Shown here: positions 56,944 through 64,000 of the stretch, in pieces
How positions within the stretch are numbered: the stretch's first letter is position 1
Layout: each line of letters starts with the position of its first letter
NCBI GenBank assembly: GCA_022702935.2
Contig: JAKIML020000053.1
Span: 1,245-65,244, forward strand
DNA from: Bacillota bacterium
GTDB lineage: Bacteria > Bacillota > Clostridia > DSM-8532
Direction: 5' to 3'
Length of the DNA: 64,000 nucleotides
Program-made: the position numbers and the translations under genes
Notes under the pieces: model-generated
Told to the model about the DNA's origin: nothing
Databases searched by the model: none
Seen by the model: the letters and a program-made list of their open reading frames with translations, nothing else

Positions 56944-57798
56944 TTACTGAACCAGGGGTGCCAGCTCAAGGGGAGGGAGGGGCAGCTCATCCAAGCTCTT
57001 AACATGCTTAATGGTTCCCTGGAAGGTGCCGAACATCTCAATCTCAATGGTGATCTTGTCATCAAGCTGTGTTACCTTGGTATTCCATTCAGCCTCCATT
57101 TGGGGCCTGTGTGTCTGGGTGGCTCCCTCGGGGCTGACAACCAGGAAGGATTCAAACATGTCACCGGAGGTCTTCATGGTAAATGCTGCATCAGAAAAAC
57201 CCACCAAACGCGGATCCAAATCCTTCGGCTTGGTGAGGGATTCCAGCTCCGATGGCTTGAGTTGGAACTGAACACTGTCGGAGCTTTGCTTGGCACGGAC
57301 ATCGGCCACTTGGTAGTCCTTGAGATAAAGCTCCTTGAAATTGATGTACATCTCCATAAGTACGGTGGCTGAAAATTCCCCTTCATAGGGCGATTCGTTC
57401 ATATTCACGGCAATAAAACTGAGAGTATCCTTGCAGGGCAGTTCACCCAGTCCCAGCAAGGTATAATCGATGGTTTGGGTGACCCATATCACCCACATGC
57501 CCTCTTCATCCATATCAGGGGTGGGGGTGGGTGCATTGGGCGCGGGCGTAGCCGATTCCGAGGGTATTGGCGTACTGGTTCCCCCGGGTTTTTTCTCATC
57601 GGTTCCGGGATTATTGGCAGTATTGCCCTTTGGATCTGAAGGAACGAATACAATGGGCGTATCAGTGCCCTCTTCCGGGTTATTCTGATTTGATCCGTTC
57701 CTGCCTGTATTGACTTGCTGCTGTTTTCCACAGCCTTGAATCATCAGCACCAACGATAAGATCAGTGCGATTGCGATTATACGTCTTATTTTATACAT
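56944..57798 (-). CDS. Lipoprotein of unknown function
   Basis: 284 aa with lipobox LMIQGCG and a long low-complexity Pro/Thr/Asn-rich linker. GGGAGG RBS. Confidence 0.6.
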   Translation of the reverse strand: MYKIRRIIAIALILSLVLMIQGCGKQQQVNTGRNGSNQNNPEEGTDTPIVFVPSDPKGNTANNPGTDEKKPGGTSTPIPSESATPAPNAPTPTPDMDEEGMWVIWVTQTIDYTLLGLGELPCKDTLSFIAVNMNESPYEGEFSATVLMEMYINFKELYLKDYQVADVRAKQSSDSVQFQLKPSELESLTKPKDLDPRLVGFSDAAFTMKTSGDMFESFLVVSPEGATQTHRPQMEAEWNTKVTQLDDKITIEIEMFGTFQGTIKHVKSLDELPLPPLELAPLVQ

Positions 57799-57849
57799 AT
57801 CCAGGCCTCCCTTTTCCCCCCCCTCGGGAGTGCCCAGGTTTTTGTCTCT

Positions 57850-59013
57850 TCAGGCCGTTATGAGTTCTTCTATATAATCGATCTGGTGCAGCACCTCCTC
57901 TTTCCCCTCACCGGTCATTTGTATTATATATTTACCATTGGAATAGACAATATCACCATTTTTTTTGAGGGCATAACCTATAACGCCCTGCTTGATGGTT
58001 TTAAGGTTGCCCGAACTATCGAGGCACATGAGCTCCCAGCTTCTGGGCGCTATGCCCGGATAGGGCTGGCCGCTTTGCAGGTTCTGCTGGTATATCTTCT
58101 CGGCGTTGATAATATTTCCGTTGATGATAACATCCTTGGGATCGAGGGTCTTTAACTTTGCCGGATTATAGCCCCTGGAGGTAAAGCCTTCACCGGTATG
58201 GCGCACGGTGAAGAATTCTATGGCCTTGCCAATGGCTTTCAATATCTTGAACGGAACTGAGATGAACTCTATAAAGGTCATACTCTTCTTCTTTCCGTCC
58301 TCATAGGGCTTTTTGATAAAGTAGAGATTGCCGTCTAAATCAGTTTGGGGCCTGAAACAGTCGTATCCCGGCAGGGCTACCACCTCATCCACCGTATAAC
58401 GGTTAAGATCCAGTTTGTTGATGGTTCTTGGCCCTAACTCTGCAAAGAACCCCTGGTAATCCCGTCCAATACCCGCCGAGTCGTAATATACCGTTCTTTT
58501 TTGGGTCTTGCTCCAGGTTGGATTATCGTCCTGGGTATCGCCCTCGGTCACAAATCGGTATCGGGAATTCTCCATGTCCAGTAAGGCCAGATTTCTCTCC
58601 AGAGAGGACTCGCTGACCGACAGAATGATCTCGCCCGTTTCTTCATGGGCCTCCATTCCGAAAAAGGAAGCCTTATCACCATGCATGATATGGATCTCCG
58701 GCTCTTTTGGATCGCTGAGAGATTTGATAAAAAGGCCCGAAAAATTTTCTACAGAAACCGAATAGAGCAGCCGCTCACCGCCATTAAGCACTGTGATACT
58801 GTTTATCTTGCCCTGGATTGTGTCAGGATCAGGAAACAGCTTCCGCTCTTCACGGAAGGCGGCGTTAATGCCCTGGGTTTTCCATTCATGCTTTTTCCGG
58901 ATATCCAGGGCGTTTTTTTTGTACTTCACAAGATACTGGCTTTCCAGTGTTTCAATCTGTTTTTCACCCACTATACCAATGGTATCCTTATCAATAAGGA
59001 ACAGCTTATCCAC
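57850..59013 (-). CDS. Hypothetical protein (beta-rich, possibly propeller-like)
   Basis: About 387 aa from the GTG at 59013 (VDKLFLIDKD...), preceded by AGGTGG. The ORF-track start at 59112 would overlap the GH65 3' end. No motif recognised. Confidence 0.5.
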   Translation of the reverse strand: MDKLFLIDKDTIGIVGEKQIETLESQYLVKYKKNALDIRKKHEWKTQGINAAFREERKLFPDPDTIQGKINSITVLNGGERLLYSVSVENFSGLFIKSLSDPKEPEIHIMHGDKASFFGMEAHEETGEIILSVSESSLERNLALLDMENSRYRFVTEGDTQDDNPTWSKTQKRTVYYDSAGIGRDYQGFFAELGPRTINKLDLNRYTVDEVVALPGYDCFRPQTDLDGNLYFIKKPYEDGKKKSMTFIEFISVPFKILKAIGKAIEFFTVRHTGEGFTSRGYNPAKLKTLDPKDVIINGNIINAEKIYQQNLQSGQPYPGIAPRSWELMCLDSSGNLKTIKQGVIGYALKKNGDIVYSNGKYIIQMTGEGKEEVLHQIDYIEELITA

Positions 59014-59098
59014 TTTGACACCCCACCTATGTAAAATGCAAGCTGTGTTAATTCTACCATGTATTGGCTTGGGTGAACAAGGCTTGGGGGGTTGCAAA

Positions 59099-61312
59099 TT
59101 ACTGATCCACAAAAACTGTCCCTGCGGTCATGCTGCCATTCTCGTCTCTTTTGGCCTCAAATCGCCATTGCTTTCCCTGGAAGAGGAAAGTAAAACGAAG
59201 CTCCGACCAATTATCGGGAAGGTTTGGAGCGGCCTTGGGCATACCGTCTTCAAGGCTCAGTCCTGCAAATCCGAAGAACAGAGCCTGCCAGGATGCCCCC
59301 AGTGCGGCCAGATGGAGTCCCTCGGAGCCAGTGTTTTCCATGATGTTGTCCAAATCTAAGTAAAGGCTCTTACAGAAGTAATTCCAGGCCTTCTCCTTCA
59401 GACCAAGCTGCGCGGCAATCAGGGCATGAATGCCATAGCTCAGCGTGGAATCGTGAAGGGTAATGGGTTCATAAAAGTCCCAGATGGCTTTTTTCTGGGC
59501 CTGGGTGAACTTTTGCGGGAAAAGTGCCACGAGCAGGATTAAATCGGCCTGTTTAATCACCCGATACCGCTGCAGTCTGTCAAAGCAGATCCGATGATAC
59601 AGAGGGATGTTATCCGACTTAATCCTTGCAACGTCCAGGGGCTCCAACAGCATGAAGGTCTCATCCTGCAGATAAAGGTCCTTTTCCTTGTCATAAGGGA
59701 TAACGGCCTTTTGGATGATGTCCTCCCACCTTAAAAGTTCGTCGGTTTTAAGGCCGAGCTTGCTGATAAGCCGCTCATGGACTTCCTTATGCTGTGCTTC
59801 CAGGAATTTCAGGGTTTCCAGGGCCAGGGTCAGATTGTAGACGGCCAGCATATTGGTATAGGTATTGTTCTGGGTGGCGCCGCAATACTCATCCGGGCCT
59901 TTGACAAAGAGCATATTGTAGTGATCAGACCGCTGATCATAGGTAAAACGGCTCTCCCAGAACCGTGCTGTTTCAAGATAAACTTCTGCGGCCTGGTCCA
60001 GTAAAAACTGAGTATCCCCGGTTGCACGGATATAATGGTCCATGCCATAGACCACATCGGCGGTGATATGTACCTCACAGGCGCCGATATCCCAGCTTTC
60101 GCACTGCTCACTGCCGTCATAGGAGGTCATCCAGGGATAGCGTGCTCCTGCTGCCGTCATTTTTTTGGCATGCTCCCGCGCCGCATCAAGGGTGTGATAG
60201 CGATAAAGCAGCAGATTTTTGGCCGCCTCAGGATTTGTGTAGATATAAAACGGCAGCATAAAGATCTCGGTATCCCAAAAATAGCAGCCTTTATACCGGG
60301 CATGGGTAAGGCCCCTGGCCCCGATGCTCACAGCGCTGTCCTGGCTTGCATTGTTGGCAATGAGCTGGAAGATGGTATAGCGTATGGCGCACTGAGCCCG
60401 CTCGTCTCCGGAGATGACAACATCCGAGGTCTCCCAGCGCCTGGCCCACGCCGCCTCATTCTCCTTAAGAAGACGGTCATAGCCCTTATCCCCATTCAGG
60501 CTTAAGTGATTCAAAACCATGTCCTTAATTTGATGGGTGTGAATATCACGGCTTGTATAAACAGTGATAATCTTATCGATAACATAAGTCTCCTGAGCCC
60601 TTCCGCGGAAGGTCAACATATAGTCCAGGCCCTGCTCCGATACTTGATTTTGGCGTGAGAGAACCTGAACATTGTCAGAGAGCTTCAAGCAGAAGGCCTG
60701 AGCAATAGTTATCCGGGTTACCCTTGTCTTGTAAACCAAAAGGCCTCCGTCCTCAAGCAGGGATGAATCAACGGTTTCCACGTAACGCACAGTCTCGGTG
60801 TTCTTCTTAACCTGATCATCCTGGATGGGCAGATTGCAGCTTGTGGCGTCCAATGCGGCCAGAACGGTGAGCTCGCCCTCAAAATCCAGGGGTGTTACTT
60901 CCAGGCGTATGACCGTTGTATGGACATCAGCGAGGCTGAAAAAGCGGGACAGCCTTATCTTTATATGCTTTTGACCAAATGAGGCCACGTATTCCCGTGC
61001 CAGGACACCATCCCGGAAGGACAACTGCTGGCAAAAGGCACTTTTTGAGGCATTGTGCAAGTCCTGGTCTTCCACCTTTACGGTAAGGCCAAGAAAGTTA
61101 GGGGTATTGACGATATCGGTGATGCCCGGCTTCAACTCATCAAATACACCGGCCATATAGAGCCCCTTTTGGTGGGGGCGCTGGCTTTGATCCTCACAGG
61201 GAAAACCCCGGGCACCAATATAGCCGTTGCCATGGAAGAAAACACTTTCCAGAAAATCATTGGTATGCGGGTTTTGGGTTGATATACCGTCAGTGCGATA
61301 TTGAATCTCCAT
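59099..61312 (-). CDS. Glycoside hydrolase family 65 disaccharide phosphorylase (maltose/kojibiose/trehalose phosphorylase type)
   Basis: 737 aa. ARGLTHARYKGCYFWDTEIFMLPFYIYTNPEAAKNLLLYRY and the downstream catalytic-domain blocks are typical of GH65. Substrate not assignable. Confidence 0.85.
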   Translation of the reverse strand: MEIQYRTDGISTQNPHTNDFLESVFFHGNGYIGARGFPCEDQSQRPHQKGLYMAGVFDELKPGITDIVNTPNFLGLTVKVEDQDLHNASKSAFCQQLSFRDGVLAREYVASFGQKHIKIRLSRFFSLADVHTTVIRLEVTPLDFEGELTVLAALDATSCNLPIQDDQVKKNTETVRYVETVDSSLLEDGGLLVYKTRVTRITIAQAFCLKLSDNVQVLSRQNQVSEQGLDYMLTFRGRAQETYVIDKIITVYTSRDIHTHQIKDMVLNHLSLNGDKGYDRLLKENEAAWARRWETSDVVISGDERAQCAIRYTIFQLIANNASQDSAVSIGARGLTHARYKGCYFWDTEIFMLPFYIYTNPEAAKNLLLYRYHTLDAAREHAKKMTAAGARYPWMTSYDGSEQCESWDIGACEVHITADVVYGMDHYIRATGDTQFLLDQAAEVYLETARFWESRFTYDQRSDHYNMLFVKGPDEYCGATQNNTYTNMLAVYNLTLALETLKFLEAQHKEVHERLISKLGLKTDELLRWEDIIQKAVIPYDKEKDLYLQDETFMLLEPLDVARIKSDNIPLYHRICFDRLQRYRVIKQADLILLVALFPQKFTQAQKKAIWDFYEPITLHDSTLSYGIHALIAAQLGLKEKAWNYFCKSLYLDLDNIMENTGSEGLHLAALGASWQALFFGFAGLSLEDGMPKAAPNLPDNWSELRFTFLFQGKQWRFEAKRDENGSMTAGTVFVDQ

Positions 61313-61405
61313 ATAAAACCACCTATCATTTTATAGTTGTTGAGCAGGATGGTGTTTGTTTTGCAGCTTGGTGGGGCTATTGCTCCAGAAAGCTCAAGGG
61401 CTTTT

Positions 61406-63256
61406 TTATGATGATTCTTTGCCAAAGGCGTGATAGAGTGCGAAGGCCAGGAACCCGGCACAGGTTGCAAATGCAGCCCCTGTCGTACATTCTCCCGTGT
61501 TCTCATCCACGCTTTCACAGGCAATGAGATTATCCATTTTGAGCCTTGCCAATATTTCGAGGCTTTGGGACAGTCGACCCAGCAGGAGGCTGTTGGCAAG
61601 GCTCAGTATCCAGGGATGGGGCGCATGGGGACATCCTATTTCCGGAATGGGCGAGTTGGCAAAGGAGTAGGGATAATCAGGACTTCGAATGACAGCCACC
61701 GTATTTTTAAAGATCTCATCCTCCTTTTCAACAAAACCATAGAAGGGGAGAAGCTGCAGGCTTCCAGGCGGTTCATCATAGATATCATAGCGGCCTTCCA
61801 GATCCACCGACCAGGCAAAGATCCGCTTTGCATGACCATCTCCGACACTTGAAGCATCTGTTCCCCGGCGTACCTTAACCTCCTTGACACAGTGCTCATA
61901 AATGGCCGCTTTTACCGAGCTGGCCAACTGAACATAGCCATTGAGCTCGGCAGAGTTCCAGATCCCGTCAAAGAGCTTTGCAATGTTCAAAAGGGATCGC
62001 CAAACCAACACATTGTTGTAAGTGATATAGCGGTAAACATGCATGTCGTCGGTGGGCTGAAGAAAGGTTTCAAAAAGGTCAATCCTGGTATGCTTCTTTT
62101 CCATGAGTCTGGAAAGAATAAGGCGCACCCCTTTCTGAATATGGGGTTCTCTTAAGAAGGCTTCATCCCCCGTAGTCTCAATATAACTGGTCAGCGCCAG
62201 GATGGGCGCACAGAGCTCATCCAGCTCAAAACCCGGCTCCAAAACGGTACCGTCAATGTACCGGGAATGAATCCCCACATTCCTGATTTGGCGCGTAAAG
62301 ACATAGTCCAGCATCTGGCGGGCATGGGCGTGATCGGTGAGCAGGATGGAGGGAAAGCTCCATAAAAGACTGTCCCTGTCCCAATAGGCTGCGCTGACAT
62401 AGTATCTTGGGCTTCGGGAGGTTACCAGAACCATCTCCTCGGTATCCATGGTCATACCGGAAGCAAAAAAGAAATTAAAGAAAAGATTGATATGGTAAAG
62501 CTGGTCCACCAAAGGATTCTCGAACCGGGTGCTCCGCTGCTCCAGCCATTTTAAGGTATTTTCAAGCTCATAGGCATAGCCCTGACGCAGCATTTCCTTG
62601 GCTGAGGTGGTGGAGGCCACCTCCTCAAAGCCCAACCCCCAGAAGATGTCAAGGGTGGCAGCTTCCCCGGGGGAAAGCGCAAAAGGTGCGGAAATGGCGT
62701 AGAAAACACCTTCCTCGGTCTGCTGGAATTCCATGGCGCCCTTTCTGCTGAGCATGGGTGCAAAGGAAAAGAGGGAGACACCATATCTGAAATCGAAGAC
62801 AATGCCCTCATTCCATCCGCTGTAATAGACATGGGCCTTGCCGTCCAAAAGCTTATCCTCATTAATACAGTGCCAGGAGGAGTGCCAAAGGCCTTCCAGA
62901 CCCGCCGAGAACTTAAGGGTTTCAGTGCCCGTATTATTAAATTCTAAATGATAGATAAAGCCCCGCTCGCCAATGGGGGTGAGAATGGTGCCCTTGATAC
63001 CAAGGTCCCCTGACTGGGCCTGAAATTGAGGAATCCAGTGGTTAAGCCTCTCCCAGGACGTGATATGGATAGGGCAGGGTGTGCCCTCTTTGGTCAGAAA
63101 GGGCCGCATCAGCGGATTTGAATCTGTGCCCCGAATGTCAATGAGCCCTTTTGCGCCCATATGTAAAAAGGTTATATCGAAAATGCTCCCATCGGACTCC
63201 ATGATACTGGGGATGGACAATCTTTCATTACCGGTTGGAATTCTTGCTTCTGCCAT
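61406..63256 (-). CDS. Putative (alpha/alpha)6-barrel glycoside hydrolase/phosphorylase-like protein (clan GH-L-like)
   Basis: 616 aa. YYVSAAYWDRDSLLWSFP resembles the Y-W-x-R-D block of GH15-type barrels. It is the first gene of the operon with GH65. The family call is tentative. Confidence 0.5.
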   Translation of the reverse strand: MAEARIPTGNERLSIPSIMESDGSIFDITFLHMGAKGLIDIRGTDSNPLMRPFLTKEGTPCPIHITSWERLNHWIPQFQAQSGDLGIKGTILTPIGERGFIYHLEFNNTGTETLKFSAGLEGLWHSSWHCINEDKLLDGKAHVYYSGWNEGIVFDFRYGVSLFSFAPMLSRKGAMEFQQTEEGVFYAISAPFALSPGEAATLDIFWGLGFEEVASTTSAKEMLRQGYAYELENTLKWLEQRSTRFENPLVDQLYHINLFFNFFFASGMTMDTEEMVLVTSRSPRYYVSAAYWDRDSLLWSFPSILLTDHAHARQMLDYVFTRQIRNVGIHSRYIDGTVLEPGFELDELCAPILALTSYIETTGDEAFLREPHIQKGVRLILSRLMEKKHTRIDLFETFLQPTDDMHVYRYITYNNVLVWRSLLNIAKLFDGIWNSAELNGYVQLASSVKAAIYEHCVKEVKVRRGTDASSVGDGHAKRIFAWSVDLEGRYDIYDEPPGSLQLLPFYGFVEKEDEIFKNTVAVIRSPDYPYSFANSPIPEIGCPHAPHPWILSLANSLLLGRLSQSLEILARLKMDNLIACESVDENTGECTTGAAFATCAGFLAFALYHAFGKESS

Positions 63257-63280
63257 AGAACCTCCCTCTGTATTCGCAAT

Positions 63281-63336
63281 TTAAACGTTTAAGTTCTTTA
63301 TGCTTTTAATTTAGCACAAAGATAAAGGAGGGTCAA
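63281..63336 (-). promoter_or_regulatory. Promoter and operator of the GH operon
   Basis: Read on the minus strand: TTGACC (63336-63331), 17 nt, TAAATT (63313-63308). Then the perfect palindrome TTAAACGTTTAA (63281-63292), 25 nt upstream of the ATG. Confidence 0.5.
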
Positions 63337-63401
63337 TAAAAAAGATGGCAAAATGAACGATAACAACAAAAATTTTAGGGTGAGAATTTGGTGAAATTGT
63401 A

Positions 63402-63457
63402 TTGACACTTTTTCAAAGTCGGGTTTATAATGAAGGTGAAAACACTTAAACGTTTAA
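63402..63457 (+). promoter_or_regulatory. Promoter and operator of the divergent LacI regulator
   Basis: TTGACA (63402-63407), 18 nt, TATAAT (63426-63431). Then the same perfect palindrome TTAAACGTTTAA (63446-63457). Confidence 0.55.
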
Positions 63458-63475
63458 ATTTAAGGGGGCAAAACC

Positions 63476-64000
63476 ATGAAACGCCGAGCAACCATTAAGG
63501 ACGTTGCCAGAGAAGCTCAGGTATCACCGGCCACCATCTCCTATGTCCTCAATGGTAAAGAAACCATCAGCGAGGAAACAAAGGCTCGTGTCTATGCGGC
63601 CATGGAGAAACTTAACTATGTGCCCAACCTCTCAGCCAGAGTACTGGCCAACAACACCTCAAAGCTCATCGGGGTGGTTATTCCCCAAACCGAACCGGGC
63701 AGTTCTCTGATCTTCCATAATAATTTCTACAGTGAAATCGTGAGCGCCATTGAGTATCATGCCCGCATTCGGGGCTATCATGTCCTTATTTCAGCTACCG
63801 ATGCCAATGAGAGCTACTTCAATCTGGCCAAGCAGAGAAACCTGGATGGCATTATTGTCATTGGGGTATATCCCGATCAGTTTTTCTGTGATGTCAAGAA
63901 GACCCAAATCCCTATTGTACTGATTGACAGCTATTTTGACGATCACTACTTCCACAACATCCAGATTAATGATCGGTATGGCGGCTATATTGCCACCAAG
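63476..64000 (+). CDS. LacI-family transcriptional regulator (3' end outside the window)
   Basis: Open to the window end and absent from the ORF track. It begins MKRRATIKDVAREAQVSPATISYVLNGKETISEETKARVYAAMEKLNYVPNLSAR (HTH), then continues into the sugar-binding domain. Confidence 0.85.
   Translation, partial: MKRRATIKDVAREAQVSPATISYVLNGKETISEETKARVYAAMEKLNYVPNLSARVLANNTSKLIGVVIPQTEPGSSLIFHNNFYSEIVSAIEYHARIRGYHVLISATDANESYFNLAKQRNLDGIIVIGVYPDQFFCDVKKTQIPIVLIDSYFDDHYFHNIQINDRYGGYIATK

Noticed and set aside
1-64000. CRISPR arrays, intact prophage, integrase genes or recognisable anti-phage defence operons.
   Set aside because: I saw no regularly spaced direct repeats, no integrase or recombinase ORF, and no nuclease/helicase/methyltransferase combination typical of defence systems. 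The only UvrD-like helicase has the HelD architecture.

Overview
This window looks like chromosomal DNA from a spore-forming Firmicute of the Clostridia type, at roughly 50% GC. That placement rests on the gene content: an alpha/beta-type SASP, a Ku/LigD end-joining operon, a WalK-YycH-YycI-like block and ECF transporters. Positions 1-38.9 kb are mostly housekeeping. They carry the walK block with murA and rlmH, hflX, a class II ribonucleotide reductase behind tandem NrdR boxes, GH43, ku plus a split ligD, helD, nadABC, an SASP gene, four tRNAs, and a nickel/cobalt ECF transporter operon ending in larC. From tRNA-Pro (about 39.0 kb) to about 55.7 kb the sequence looks accessory and mosaic. A 2.9-kb insert there is flanked by about 45-bp direct repeats, and two decayed copies of one IS256-family transposase are present. 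The same stretch holds a frameshifted sigma factor with its anti-sigma partner and several AT-rich patches. It also holds a LacI-controlled ABC-transporter locus whose only enzymes are two paralogous FAD oxidoreductases, a xylose-isomerase-like TIM-barrel protein and an SDR, with no glycoside hydrolase. I rate that locus the best candidate for an undescribed, possibly oxidative, sugar or glycoside catabolic system. The window ends with a second LacI-controlled operon: an (alpha/alpha)6-barrel protein, a GH65 phosphorylase and two unknown proteins. Other points worth a second look are a JAMM/MPN-type metal motif in the N-terminal extension of HflX, a DnaA-box cluster away from any dnaA gene, and two unclassified structured leaders. 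I saw no CRISPR array, intact prophage or recognisable defence system. All calls rest on reading motifs by eye; no searches were run.
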